From NCBI GenBank assembly GCA_963851265.1, contig CAWKNZ010000002.1:1312001-1376000 (forward strand): DNA of 64,000 nt, written 5' to 3'. Made by a program: the position numbers and the translations under genes. The notes under the pieces were generated by a model that was not told the origin of the DNA, ran no database searches, and worked only from the letters and a program-made list of their open reading frames with translations. Within the stretch, counting starts at the first letter, position 1; the number at the start of each line of letters is the position of its first letter. This DNA is from an uncultured Gemmatimonadales bacterium. Lineage in GTDB: Bacteria > Gemmatimonadota > Gemmatimonadetes > Gemmatimonadales > Gemmatimonadaceae. Positions 13,280 through 23,717 of the stretch are shown here, one piece after another.

Positions 13280-13819
13280 ATGACCGGCTTCGAGCAATTC
13301 TTCTTCTACCTCTTCGGCCTCACCGCGGTCGCGTCGGCGCTGCTGTTCGTCACGCGCAAGAGTCCGGTCGCCGCGGCGCTCTGGCTCGTGAGCACGATGT
13401 TCTCGCTCGCCGCGCTCTACATCCTCATGGACGCGCAGTTCGTCGGGGCGGTGCAGGTGCTCGTCTACGCGGGCGCGATCATGGTCGTGTTCCTGTTCGT
13501 CGTCATGCTGCTCAACCTCGGGCAGGCGGACGCGGCGACGGAATTTCGGGCGAACGGGACGCGGATCGCCGGCCTCCTCGTCGGCCTCGCGCTCCTCGCC
13601 GAGTTCCTCGTCGTCGCGCTCGGCAAGTTGCCGCCCGACCTCGGGCTCGGCATCGCGAGCGGCACGACGGCGGTGGTCAACGGCGACGAGAACGTGATCG
13701 CACCCGTCGCCGGCGAACTCTTCACGCAGCACCTCGTCGCGTTCGAGGTCACGAGCCTGCTGCTCCTCGCCTCCGTCGTCGGCGCGGTGGTGCTCGCCAA
13801 GCCGCGGAGGGACGCGTGA
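13280..13819 (+). CDS. nuoJ: NADH-quinone oxidoreductase subunit J
   Basis: [30 protein letters not shown]. Confidence 0.95.
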   Translation: MTGFEQFFFYLFGLTAVASALLFVTRKSPVAAALWLVSTMFSLAALYILMDAQFVGAVQVLVYAGAIMVVFLFVVMLLNLGQADAATEFRANGTRIAGLLVGLALLAEFLVVALGKLPPDLGLGIASGTTAVVNGDENVIAPVAGELFTQHLVAFEVTSLLLLASVVGAVVLAKPRRDA

Positions 13820-14112
13820 TCGCTCAGGCGTTGCTCATCGCCGCCGCGCTGTTCGTGATCGGCGTGGTGGGCGTGCTCACCCGACGAAACGCGCTCGTGC
13901 TGTTCATGTGCGTCGAGCTCATGCTCAACGCGGTGAACCTCACCTTCGTTGCCCTATCGCGCCTGCACGGCGGGACGCTGGGCCAGGCGTTCGTTGTGTT
14001 CGTGATGACCGTGGCGGCGGCCGAAGCGGCGGTCGGCCTCGCCATCGTCATCGCCGTCTTCCGCCACTTCGGGACCGTGGACCTTCGCAACATCAACCTC
14101 CTGCGCGGCTGA
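13816..14112 (+). CDS. nuoK: NADH-quinone oxidoreductase subunit K
   Basis: [26 protein letters not shown]. Confidence 0.96.
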   Translation: MIAQALLIAAALFVIGVVGVLTRRNALVLFMCVELMLNAVNLTFVALSRLHGGTLGQAFVVFVMTVAAAEAAVGLAIVIAVFRHFGTVDLRNINLLRG

Positions 14113-16289
14113 TGGGCGCCGTCTCGACCCACCCGCTCGCTGGCGGTCCCGCCGAGCTGATCTGGCTGCTCCCGCTGCTGCCGCTGCTCGGCTTCCTCGC
14201 CAACGGTGCGCTGTCGTTGCTGCCGGCCGCGCGCACGCATGGCGCCGCGGCACCCGAGGGCGCTGGCGGTACCGACGACATCCACGGCGGGCCGCCGCGC
14301 GACGCACCGCCGCCGTACGCCGGGCTCGTCAGCCTCATCGGGCCGACGGCCATCGGGCTCGCGTTCGCGCTCGCCGCGACGGTGTTCGCCTCCATGCTCG
14401 CGGTGCCGCGCGCGACGCTCGTCGCCGCCGGGCCGTACGTGGCGCGCTACGCGGAGTGGATGCCCGCCGGCGACCTGCGCGTGGACTGGGCGTTCCAGCT
14501 CGACCAGCTCTCGATGCTCATGGTCCTCGTGATCACGGGCGTCGGCACGCTGATCCACGTCTTCAGCATCGGCTACATGCGGCGCGACCCGGGGTACGCA
14601 CGCTACTTCGCGTACCTGAATCTGTTCGTCGCGTTCATGCTCGTGCTGGTGCTCGGCGCCAACTACCCCGTGATGTTCATCGGGTGGGAAGGCGTGGGGC
14701 TCGCGTCGTATCTGCTGATCGGGTTCTGGTTCGCGGAGTCGTCCAACGCGACAGCCGGACGCAAGGCGTTCGTCGTCAATCGCGTCGGCGACTTCGGCCT
14801 GCTCATCGCGATGTTCCTCCTGTTCGCGAATTTCGGCACGCTGGACTTCGCGCTGCTCAACCGCTCGTACGCCGGGCTCGCCGTGGGCAGCCCGCTCGCC
14901 ACGCTCGTCTGCCTGTTCCTCTTCCTCGGCTGCGCGGGCAAGAGCGCGCAGATTCCGCTCTACATCTGGCTGCCCGACGCGATGGCCGGCCCGACGCCGG
15001 TTTCGGCGTTGATCCACGCCGCGACGATGGTCACGGCCGGGGTCTACCTCGTCGCGCGAAGCGGCGTGCTGTTCGCACTCGCGCCCGCGGCCTCGCTCGC
15101 GGTGGCGCTCGTCGGCGCGCTCACGGCGCTGTTCGCGGCCACCGTCGGGCTCAAGCAGTGGGACATCAAGAAGGTGCTCGCGTACTCCACGATCTCGCAG
15201 CTCGGCTACATGTTCATGGCCGCGGGCGTGGGCGCGTACACGGCCGCCGTCTTCCACCTCGTGACGCACGCCTTCTTCAAGGCGCTGCTCTTCCTTGGCG
15301 CGGGCTCGGTGATCTACGCGCTGCACGAGGCATATCACGCGACGCATCGCGACGACGAGGACGCGCAGGACATGCGCAACATGGGTGGGCTGCGCCGCGC
15401 GATGCCGATCACCTTCGTCCTGATGTGGGCTGCCACGCTGGCGATTGCCGGAGTCCCGCCGTTCGCTGGATTCTTCTCGAAGGACCAGATTCTCGGCGCC
15501 GTGTTCGAGCGCGCGTCGGATTCGGCCGCGTTTCGGGGCGTGTCGTTCCTCGGTGTGAGCGGATCGGTGTGGCTCTACATCGTGTACGCGATCGGGCTCG
15601 TCACCGCGTTCATCACGGCCGTCTACATGACGCGCATGATGCTGTACACCTTCCACGGTGCGAACCGCACCGGCGACGCCGAACGGCCGCATCTGCGCGA
15701 GGCGCCATGGGTGATGACCGCGCCGCTCGCGGTGCTCGGCGTGTTGACGGTCTTGGGCGGCTGGCTGAACATCCCGGCCATCGCCAGCTTCGCGGGGCCT
15801 GTGGGCGCGCTCGACCGGTGGCTCGACCCGGTAGTCGGCGCCGCGTCGGCGTCGCTGGCGAGCGGCGCGACGGGCGCCGAGCGGCATGCGGCGTCCAGTC
15901 CCGAAGCGATGCTGATCGGCGCGGCCGTCGCCGTCGCGATCGCGGGCATCGCGCTCGCGGTCGTCCTGCTGAAGCCGGCGCGGCTCGTCACCAAGTCCGC
16001 GTACGACGTGCCAGAGTCCGGGGTGGAGCGGGCGCTCCGGCACGCGTACTACGTGGACGACGCCGTCGACCGCGGCCTCGCCCGCCCGTTGATGACCTTC
16101 GCGCGGAACGTGCTCTGGCGCGGCGTGGACGCGGGCATCATCGACGGCCTGATCATCCGCGGGTCGGCACTCGCGGCCCGCGGTGCGGGGTGGCTCGGCT
16201 CTCGCGCGCAGTCGGGGAGCGTCGGTAACTACGCGTGGGTCGTCGCGGTGGGCGCGCTCGTCGTCATCGGCGTGGTCGCCTTCGGATGA
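14112..16289 (+). CDS. nuoL: NADH-quinone oxidoreductase subunit L
   Basis: GWEGVGLASYLLIGFW, GKSAQIPLYIWLPDAMAGPTPVSALIHAATMVTAG, HAFFKALLFL; TGATG overlap with nuoK. Confidence 0.96.
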   Translation: MGAVSTHPLAGGPAELIWLLPLLPLLGFLANGALSLLPAARTHGAAAPEGAGGTDDIHGGPPRDAPPPYAGLVSLIGPTAIGLAFALAATVFASMLAVPRATLVAAGPYVARYAEWMPAGDLRVDWAFQLDQLSMLMVLVITGVGTLIHVFSIGYMRRDPGYARYFAYLNLFVAFMLVLVLGANYPVMFIGWEGVGLASYLLIGFWFAESSNATAGRKAFVVNRVGDFGLLIAMFLLFANFGTLDFALLNRSYAGLAVGSPLATLVCLFLFLGCAGKSAQIPLYIWLPDAMAGPTPVSALIHAATMVTAGVYLVARSGVLFALAPAASLAVALVGALTALFAATVGLKQWDIKKVLAYSTISQLGYMFMAAGVGAYTAAVFHLVTHAFFKALLFLGAGSVIYALHEAYHATHRDDEDAQDMRNMGGLRRAMPITFVLMWAATLAIAGVPPFAGFFSKDQILGAVFERASDSAAFRGVSFLGVSGSVWLYIVYAIGLVTAFITAVYMTRMMLYTFHGANRTGDAERPHLREAPWVMTAPLAVLGVLTVLGGWLNIPAIASFAGPVGALDRWLDPVVGAASASLASGATGAERHAASSPEAMLIGAAVAVAIAGIALAVVLLKPARLVTKSAYDVPESGVERALRHAYYVDDAVDRGLARPLMTFARNVLWRGVDAGIIDGLIIRGSALAARGAGWLGSRAQSGSVGNYAWVVAVGALVVIGVVAFG

Positions 16290-17941
16290 TGCGCGCCTTC
16301 CTGACGAACCTCGGCTTCGGCACGTGGGTGCTGCCCGCGCTGCTCACCTGGCCCCTGATCGGGGCCGCGCTTATCGCGCTCTTCGCGGAGGCGCAGCCGT
16401 ACGGGGACGACGGTGACGCGGCGGGAGGTGCGGCCGGACGTCGCACGGGCGACACGATCCGTACGCCGCGGGTGCTCGGCGCCGCGGTACTGATTGGCGA
16501 GGCGGTGCTCGCGCTCGGACTGTGGGCGTACTTCGACCCGGCCGCGACGACCTGGCAGGCGCGCGTCGAGCTGCCGTGGATTCCGGAATGGGGCGCGCAC
16601 ATCGGCCTCGGAGTGGACGGGCTCTCGCTCGTCATGGTGATGCTCACGGCGTTGCTCATGCCGCTCGCCGTGCTCGGCTCGTGGCGGAGCGTGCGCGAGC
16701 GACCGGCGTCGTACTACGCGCTGCTGCTCGCGCTCACGACCGGCATCATGGGCGTGTTCGTGTCGCGCGACCTGCTGCTGTTCTATCTCTGCTGGGAGCT
16801 CGTGCTGATCCCGATGTACTTCATGATCGGGATCTCGGGCTCCGGTGAGCGGACCGCGGCGAGTCTGCAGTACTTCATCGTCGCGACGCTCGGGTCGCTG
16901 CTGATGCTGGCGTCGATCGTGGCACTGTGGAACGCGGCCGGGCGGCACACGTTCGACATCGATCAGACGATCGCGGCCGTGCGTGACACAATGAAATTCT
17001 CGCAGCAGCGCTGGCTGTTCCTCGGCTTCTTCGCCGCGCTCGCGATCAAGAGCGCGTACTTCCCGCTGCACAGTTGGCTCCCCGCGGCACAGCGGAGCGC
17101 ACCGACCAGCGCCGCGGTCGCGCTCGGCATCAAGGTCGGAACGTACGGGATGCTGCGCTTCGCGCTCCCGCTGTTCCCCGGCGCGGCCATCGACCCGACG
17201 CTTCGCACGACGATCATCGGCATCGCGGTCGCGGGCATTCTCTACGGCGCGCTCGTCGCCGCGGTGCAGCCCGATCTGCGCCGACTCGCGTCGTACGCGT
17301 CGGTGAGTCACCTCGGGTTCGTCGTCCTCGGCATCTTCGCGCTCACGGCGGAGAGCATCCAGGGCGCGATGCTCGTCATGCTCAGCCACGGCATCTCGCT
17401 CGGCGCGCTGTTCGTGCTCGCCGGCATCCTCGAAGACCGGACGGGCACGTCGACGCTCGACCGTTTCGGCGGGCTCGCGCGCACGCTCCCGGTGTTCGCG
17501 GTCGCGATGGTCGTCGTCGCGCTCAGCGCGCTCGGGCTTCCAGGGACGAACGGCTTCGTCGGCGAGTTCCTCGTGCTGCTCGGTGCGTTCCGGACCTACC
17601 CCCAAGCCACGCTGATCGCGACGATCGGCGTGATCCTCGCCGCTGTCTACCTGCTCGGCGCGTTGCAGCGCGTGCTCTTCAGCGCCCGCCGCGATCCCAC
17701 GGCCGACGTGCCCGACGTGTCGACGCCCGTGACGCGCGTCGTCGACCTCGACGCGCGCGAGCTCACCGTGCTCGCCGCATTCACGCTCGCCATCGTCTGG
17801 CTGGGCGTCGCGCCCGCGCCGGTGCTGCGCCGCATGGAAGGTCCCGTGCGTCGCATCGTCGACCAGGTCCAGAGCGGCGGAATGCCGCAACCCCTGACGG
17901 CCGCGATCGCGCCCGTTCGCCCCCGACTGATCGCCCCGTGA
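16286..17941 (+). CDS. nuoM: NADH-quinone oxidoreductase subunit M
   Basis: WELVLIPMYF, PLHSWLP, SVSHLGFV, GLPGTNGFVGEF; position in operon. Confidence 0.93.
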   Translation: MMRAFLTNLGFGTWVLPALLTWPLIGAALIALFAEAQPYGDDGDAAGGAAGRRTGDTIRTPRVLGAAVLIGEAVLALGLWAYFDPAATTWQARVELPWIPEWGAHIGLGVDGLSLVMVMLTALLMPLAVLGSWRSVRERPASYYALLLALTTGIMGVFVSRDLLLFYLCWELVLIPMYFMIGISGSGERTAASLQYFIVATLGSLLMLASIVALWNAAGRHTFDIDQTIAAVRDTMKFSQQRWLFLGFFAALAIKSAYFPLHSWLPAAQRSAPTSAAVALGIKVGTYGMLRFALPLFPGAAIDPTLRTTIIGIAVAGILYGALVAAVQPDLRRLASYASVSHLGFVVLGIFALTAESIQGAMLVMLSHGISLGALFVLAGILEDRTGTSTLDRFGGLARTLPVFAVAMVVVALSALGLPGTNGFVGEFLVLLGAFRTYPQATLIATIGVILAAVYLLGALQRVLFSARRDPTADVPDVSTPVTRVVDLDARELTVLAAFTLAIVWLGVAPAPVLRRMEGPVRRIVDQVQSGGMPQPLTAAIAPVRPRLIAP

Positions 17942-19509
17942 ACGGCTCGCTGACCGGCTTCTCGACCGCCGCGCTCCTCCCCGATCTCATCGTCGGCGTC
18001 GGCGCGTTGCTGCTGCTCCTGTGGAGCGCCGCGCGCCGCGACGACGACGTGGACGCATCGCGGGCTGCCGCGCTGGGTGTCGTCGGCGTCTGCGCGACCG
18101 CACTCGCGGCGGTGATCGCACTCGCGACACAGAGCATCGCGGCCGGTGTCGTGCCCGGTGTGGCGACCGACGGGTTCCGGTGGGGAATCGACGCCGTGGT
18201 GCTCATCGGCGCGGCGCTCAGCGCGCTGCTGGCCGGCGACGACGCGCGCCGACCGGGCGCGGCGCAACCCGAGGCGTTCGCGCTGATGCTGCTGTCGGTA
18301 TCGGGGATGCTGCTCCTGGCGGGCGCGCGCGACCTGATCCTCGTGTTTCTCGGCATCGAGCTGATGTCGATCCCCGTCTACGTCCTGGCCGGCATCAACC
18401 GGCGCAGCGCACGCTCGGCCGAGGCCGCGCTCAAGTATTTCCTGCTCGGCGCGTTCTCGACGGCCTTCCTGCTGTACGGCGTGGCGCTCGTGTACGGTGC
18501 GACCGGCGCGACCGACGTCGACGCGATCGCGCGGGCCGTCGCCGGTTCGACGGGCGCGCTGCCGCCCGTCGTGCTCTGGCTCGGTATCGGGGCCGTGATG
18601 GTCGGGCTCGGATTCAAGGTCGCGGCGGTTCCGTTCCACATGTGGACGCCCGACGTCTACGAGGGCGCGCCGACGCCGTACACCGCGTTCATGGCGGTGG
18701 GCGTCAAGGCGGCGGCGTTCGCGGCCTTCGCCCGCGTCCTCGTGGAGGGGATGGGCGGCGCGGTCGAACACTGGCATGCGACGCTCTGGTGGATCGCCGT
18801 GCTCACGATGTTCGGCGGCAACCTCGTCGCGCTCACACAGCGGGGCGTCAAGCGCATGCTCGCGTACTCGAGCGTCGCGCACGCCGGATACCTGCTCGTC
18901 GCGATCGTCAGCAACTCCGCGCTCGGCAGTTCCGCCCTCGTGTTCTATCTCGCGGCGTACACGCTCGCGACGGTCGGTGCGTTCGCAGTCGTGCAGGCCT
19001 TAAGCGGCACGCCAGCGGGCGACGCGCTCGAACGCTGGGACGGCCTGTTTCGCGTTCGCCCTCACCTCGCGGTCGCGATGGCGGTGTTCATGCTCGCCCT
19101 GCTGGGCTTTCCGATTGCGGGCGGTATGGGATTCTTCGCCAAGTGGTACGTCTTGCAGGCCGCGCTCGCGCCGATCGCCCCGCAGTTGCCCCAGTCACGG
19201 CTCGCCGTGCTGCTCGTGGTCGCGAGCGTGATTTCGGCGGGGTACTATCTCAACGTCGTCGCACGGATGTTCATGCGAGGCCGCGACGAGAACGCGCCGC
19301 CGATCGGCCCCACCGCGTCCTGGACGCGGGTCGTGATCGGCGCATGCGCGATCCTTCTCCTCGTGCTCGGCGTCTACCCGACGCCCGCGGTCGACGCGGC
19401 GCAGTCGGCGGCGCTCCGGCCGGCCGGGCGCCAGGCCGGTTCGCGCGTGGTGAACGCGCCATCCGTCGCCCGCCCGCCGCGCGACACGACTGTCGCGGTC
19501 GTTCCCTGA
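17938..19509 (+). CDS. nuoN: NADH-quinone oxidoreductase subunit N
   Basis: EAALKYFLLG, FKVAAVPFHMWTPDVYEGAPTP, KRMLAYSSVAHAGY. Confidence 0.95.
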   Translation: MNGSLTGFSTAALLPDLIVGVGALLLLLWSAARRDDDVDASRAAALGVVGVCATALAAVIALATQSIAAGVVPGVATDGFRWGIDAVVLIGAALSALLAGDDARRPGAAQPEAFALMLLSVSGMLLLAGARDLILVFLGIELMSIPVYVLAGINRRSARSAEAALKYFLLGAFSTAFLLYGVALVYGATGATDVDAIARAVAGSTGALPPVVLWLGIGAVMVGLGFKVAAVPFHMWTPDVYEGAPTPYTAFMAVGVKAAAFAAFARVLVEGMGGAVEHWHATLWWIAVLTMFGGNLVALTQRGVKRMLAYSSVAHAGYLLVAIVSNSALGSSALVFYLAAYTLATVGAFAVVQALSGTPAGDALERWDGLFRVRPHLAVAMAVFMLALLGFPIAGGMGFFAKWYVLQAALAPIAPQLPQSRLAVLLVVASVISAGYYLNVVARMFMRGRDENAPPIGPTASWTRVVIGACAILLLVLGVYPTPAVDAAQSAALRPAGRQAGSRVVNAPSVARPPRDTTVAVVP

Positions 19510-19571
19510 GCACCCTCCCCGCACACCTCGCCGCCGCGTCCGTCCCGGGCGGTCCCTCCCACACGCAACGC

Positions 19572-20969
19572 ATGACCGCCGTTCCCGCCCTCAACCAGCA
19601 GATCTTCCGACAGTACGACGTCCGCGGCATCGTCGGCCGTGACCTCAGCCCCGAGGTGGCGCGCACGTTAGGCCAGGGCTTCGCCGCCCTGCTCGACGAG
19701 CGCGGCGTGCGCGGTGCCGTCGCGGTCGGGCGCGACAACCGGCCGAGTGGGAACGGGTTGCGGGACGGACTCGTCGACGGCCTCACGTCGTGCGGCGTGG
19801 ACGTGGTCGACGTGGGTGTCGTGCCGACGCCGCTGCTCTACTGGTCGCTGTTCAACGAGCCGGTGGTCGCCGGGATCCAGATCACGGGCTCGCACAACCC
19901 GCCGCAGTACAACGGGTTCAAGCTGTGCATCGGCAAGACCTCGATCCACGGGGACGACATCCAGCACCTGTACGAGCTCGCCGTCACCGGCAAGTTCCCG
20001 ACGGGGCAGGGCAGCGTGCGCACGTCGCAGGTGATCGATCGGTACGTCGACGACATCGTCCGGCGCGTCGGGACGCTCTCGCGACCGCTGAAAGTCGTCG
20101 CCGACTACGGCAACGGTGCCGGCGCGGTTGTCGGACCGCAACTGCTCGAGCGACTCGGCGCGCGGGTGACCCACCTGTTCGCCGAGAGCGACGGCACGTT
20201 CCCGAACCACCACCCCGACCCGACGGTCGTCGAGAACGTGCAGGACCTGATCGCGGCCGTGACGCGCGACGGGGCAGACCTCGGCGTCGCGTTCGACGGC
20301 GACGCCGACCGCATCGGACTCGTCGACGAGCACGGGGCGATCGTCTGGGGCGACCACATCCTCATCCTGTACGCGCGCGACGTGTTCGCACGCACCGGCG
20401 CCGGGCAGTCGATCGTGTTCGACGTGAAGTGTTCGCAGGCGCTTTCCGACGCCGTCCGCGCGGCGGGCGGGGTGCCGGTCATGTGGAAGACCGGGCACTC
20501 GCTGATCAAGGAGAAGATGAAGGCCGAGCACGCCCCGGTCGCAGGCGAGATGAGCGGTCACATGTTCTTCGCGGAAGGATTTTATGGCCACGATGACGCG
20601 CTATACGGCGCCGCGCGGCTCTTGCGGATCGTGGCCGACTCGGGCCAGTCGGTCAGCGGGCTGCTGAGCGACGTGCCGAAATTCGTGTCCACACCCGAAC
20701 TTCGCGTCGATGTCGACGAGGAGAAGAAGTTCGGGATCGTCGACGCGGCGGTGCGCGAGTTCCGCGCGAAGTACGACGTCATCGACGTCGACGGCGTCCG
20801 CGTGCTCTTCGGCGACGGGTGGGGGCTGATTCGCGCGTCCAACACGCAGCCGGTGCTCGTGATGCGCTTCGAGGCGCGCACGGAGGCGCGGCTCGCCGAG
20901 ATCCGCGGCGAGATGGAGAGCTGGCTGCGCTCGCGGGGCATCGATCCGACGCCGGGCGTTGGGCATTGA
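19572..20969 (+). CDS. Phosphomannomutase/phosphoglucomutase (AlgC-like)
   Basis: IFRQYDVRG, ITGSHNP phospho-Ser loop, FDGDADR metal loop, GEMSGH, RASNTQP. Confidence 0.93.
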   Translation: MTAVPALNQQIFRQYDVRGIVGRDLSPEVARTLGQGFAALLDERGVRGAVAVGRDNRPSGNGLRDGLVDGLTSCGVDVVDVGVVPTPLLYWSLFNEPVVAGIQITGSHNPPQYNGFKLCIGKTSIHGDDIQHLYELAVTGKFPTGQGSVRTSQVIDRYVDDIVRRVGTLSRPLKVVADYGNGAGAVVGPQLLERLGARVTHLFAESDGTFPNHHPDPTVVENVQDLIAAVTRDGADLGVAFDGDADRIGLVDEHGAIVWGDHILILYARDVFARTGAGQSIVFDVKCSQALSDAVRAAGGVPVMWKTGHSLIKEKMKAEHAPVAGEMSGHMFFAEGFYGHDDALYGAARLLRIVADSGQSVSGLLSDVPKFVSTPELRVDVDEEKKFGIVDAAVREFRAKYDVIDVDGVRVLFGDGWGLIRASNTQPVLVMRFEARTEARLAEIRGEMESWLRSRGIDPTPGVGH

Positions 20970-20990
20970 ACTGAGCGTCCGTCGACCGGC

Positions 20991-23555
20991 ATGACGCGCG
21001 GCCGCTGGCTCGCGGCGGCGCTCGCCGCGGCGGCCGCGCTCGTGCTCGCGCGCGCGCTCGCCGTGGCGTTCGTCGAGTACCGGTGGTTCGCGGCGTTCGG
21101 GCCGGCGTGGGTCGACGTGTGGCGCGCGCGGGCGGTCGACCTCGCGGTCGTCCGTTCGCTCGCCGCGCTGGTCGCCGGCGTCTTCCTGTACCTGAACCTG
21201 CTCGGCGTCGCGAGCACGATCGACGCGGTGGCCGTGTCGAGGCGGCTCGGCGGGATCGAAATCGCCGAGACGGTGCCCGCCGGGCGACTGCGCGGCGTGT
21301 TCGCGCTCGCGAGCGTCGCGTTCGGCCTCGCGATGGCGCTGCCGATCTCCGACTGGGTCTCGGTCGACGCGCTGCTCACCGGCCGAATCTTCGGCGAGAT
21401 CGAGCCATACACCGGGCGCGACCTCGCGTTCTTCGTGTACTGGCTGCCGTTCGAGAACGGGATGTACGCCTGGTCGCTCGTCGCGGTGGCGTTCGTCACC
21501 GGCGCGGTGGTCGCGCTGTACGCCCTCACCCCCGGTCTGCGTTGGGCGCGCGGCCGGGTTCGCGCGACGGTCCGCGTGCGCCGCCACCTCGCGCTGTTCG
21601 GCGTCGCGACCCTGCTGCTGCTCGCGTGGGGGCACCGCCTCGACGCGTACGCCTTGCTCACCGACGGGTCGGGCGTGAACGGCGCGTTCGCCGGCACCGA
21701 CGAGCTCGCGCTGCTCCCCACGCGCTTCGGCCTCGCGATCGTGTCGGCGCTCGCGGCGGTCGTCGTCCTCCGCGCGGGCTGGGCGGGGCAGGCGCGGCTC
21801 GCGTTCTGGGCCGTCAGCGCCGTCGTCGCGGTCACGATTCTCGGTCGGAGCGTGGCCGGTCCGGTCGGCGCGGCGCTCATCGCGCCGGAGCGCCTCGACC
21901 GCGCGAACAAGGCCGCCGCGGAGAACCGCGCCCTGTACACGCGGCGCGCGTTCGCGTCCAACCAGGTGCGCGACAGCGCGTCGCCGTTAGGCGCTCTTCC
22001 GTCGGCGAGGGACGTCGTCCTGAACGCCGCCGCGTGGGACGCGGGCGCGCTCGCGCGCGCGTCGGCGCTGTCGCCGGACCCGCGCGCGCCGCACACGGTC
22101 GTCGGCTGGCAGCCGTTCGGGGATTCGATCGCGGCAGTCGTGGCCGGGCCGCGCGGCGGCGCCGAGCCGGGCGCGATCGGAGCGCTCACGGCGGGCGCCG
22201 CCGACCGCACCGTGGCTCGCGGTGGCTGGCGCGCGATCGTCGTCGACCCGCGGCTTCCCGGACCGGTAGGGGTCGCGCCGCGTGCGGCACGCGGACCGTC
22301 CGCGCCGGTCGACGTCGCCGGCGTGATCTACCCGGGCGCGGGCGAGGCTGCCGTCGTGCGCGATCCGACGGGCCAGATCGTCGGCGACTCCTTCCGCACG
22401 TGGATCGTTCGACTCGCGGCCGCGCTCGCCGCGCGCGACCTCCGCCTGTTGCGTGCGGACGACACCGAACGCGGCGACGTGCGCCTCGTTCGGTGGCGCG
22501 ATCCGCGCGCCCGCGTGCAGGCGTTACTGCCCTTTTTCGCGGTCGGGCGTGACGCGTCGCCGATCGTCGTCGGCGACAGCCTCTGGTGGGCCGTCCCGGT
22601 GCTCGCGACGACCGCGGAATACCCGCTGTCGGCGCACCTCGGCGCCGACGCCGCCGATGGCGACGACATCGCGAGCTTGCGTCACGCGGGCACGGCCGTC
22701 GTGAACGCGGCCACGGGAAACGTGCGCCTCGTCGCGCCGCCCGAACCCGACGCGGACATCCGCGGCTGGTACGCGCGGTTTCCGCGCATCGCGACACGTG
22801 CCGACGCGCTCGACTCCACGCTTGTGGGCGCACTGCCGGTCCCCTACGAGGCCGCGCTCGCGCAGGCGCGGGTGTATGCGGAGTACGGACCGCGAGGGAC
22901 GCACCCGCTACCAGTACGGCGCGTCCAGCTCGCCGAGCTCGTCGACTCGGCTCCGGCGAGCCCGGCCGGCGCCGCGTTCGTGCTCCGCGTAGGCTCCGGC
23001 CCGCACGTCGTCGCGTCGGCGTTCCCGGTGATCACGGGGACGGACCGGATTGCGGGCGCCGTCGTCGCGAGTGGAGGCCCCGTGCCGCGCACGGCGTTCC
23101 TTGCCGCGCCCGAACCCGGCCCGCGTTGGGCCGACGTGCTCGACTCGACGTCGACGACCGTGGCCGATGGCGGTGGCCCGCGCACGCGCGCGCCGGGCAG
23201 CTTTGACGGCGGCCTGCATGCCGTTCCGAGCGCGGGCGGGCTGATCTTCACGCGTGCACACTACGCCGCCGCGGCGGACACCCGTCCCTCGCTCACCGGC
23301 GTCACCGCCGTCCTGAGCGGTGGCGGCCCAGTCGAACGCGTGCTGCACGGCCCAACGCTCGTGGCGCTCTTCGACACGGCGGGCACGGCGAGTCGCGGCC
23401 CCGTCGCGCTTCCCGGCTCGCTCACCGCCGAGCAGCGCGTTGTGGCGGCGCGGAGTTTCTACGACGATGCGCGGCGCGCGCTCGAGCGCGGCGATTGGGG
23501 CGCGTTCGGCCACGCGCTCGACGCGATCGGCCGGATGTTGGGATCGGCGCCGTAG
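20991..23555 (+). CDS. UPF0182-family membrane protein (divergent)
   Basis: Multi-TM N-terminal half with EYRWF, GRDLAFFVYWLP, RRHLA; RDPRARVQALLPFF; C-terminal ALERGDWGAFG typical of UPF0182. Confidence 0.75.
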   Translation: MTRGRWLAAALAAAAALVLARALAVAFVEYRWFAAFGPAWVDVWRARAVDLAVVRSLAALVAGVFLYLNLLGVASTIDAVAVSRRLGGIEIAETVPAGRLRGVFALASVAFGLAMALPISDWVSVDALLTGRIFGEIEPYTGRDLAFFVYWLPFENGMYAWSLVAVAFVTGAVVALYALTPGLRWARGRVRATVRVRRHLALFGVATLLLLAWGHRLDAYALLTDGSGVNGAFAGTDELALLPTRFGLAIVSALAAVVVLRAGWAGQARLAFWAVSAVVAVTILGRSVAGPVGAALIAPERLDRANKAAAENRALYTRRAFASNQVRDSASPLGALPSARDVVLNAAAWDAGALARASALSPDPRAPHTVVGWQPFGDSIAAVVAGPRGGAEPGAIGALTAGAADRTVARGGWRAIVVDPRLPGPVGVAPRAARGPSAPVDVAGVIYPGAGEAAVVRDPTGQIVGDSFRTWIVRLAAALAARDLRLLRADDTERGDVRLVRWRDPRARVQALLPFFAVGRDASPIVVGDSLWWAVPVLATTAEYPLSAHLGADAADGDDIASLRHAGTAVVNAATGNVRLVAPPEPDADIRGWYARFPRIATRADALDSTLVGALPVPYEAALAQARVYAEYGPRGTHPLPVRRVQLAELVDSAPASPAGAAFVLRVGSGPHVVASAFPVITGTDRIAGAVVASGGPVPRTAFLAAPEPGPRWADVLDSTSTTVADGGGPRTRAPGSFDGGLHAVPSAGGLIFTRAHYAAAADTRPSLTGVTAVLSGGGPVERVLHGPTLVALFDTAGTASRGPVALPGSLTAEQRVVAARSFYDDARRALERGDWGAFGHALDAIGRMLGSAP

Positions 23556-23717
23556 CGACGACGCGTCGCGCGGGCCGGTCGCCTTGCTCGGCTGTGTTCG
23601 CAGGGGTAACCTTGGCCATCTTTGCGCGCCGCTGCTGCGGCGCGACCGATACGGCGCTCCGACGGGGCGCCGCGCGCGATCGACGCGTGCGGCGCCCCTC
23701 ACCCATCGAACGCTTCT

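Noticed and set aside
13824..18882. Very long antisense and alternate-frame ORFs (e.g. 739 aa at 13824-16043, 553 aa, 411 aa; similar ones throughout)
   Set aside because: Arg/Ala/Gly-rich shadows of real genes, expected from stop-codon scarcity at high GC; no family motifs.
18021..19571. Apparent 982-aa fusion upstream of PMM/PGM, and similar long N-terminal extensions in the ORF track for nuoC, nuoE, nuoN, sucD, fabD, GT2 and GT4
   Set aside because: The extensions overlap the preceding real gene in another frame; true starts lie at the ATGA/GTGA junctions or nearby ATGs.
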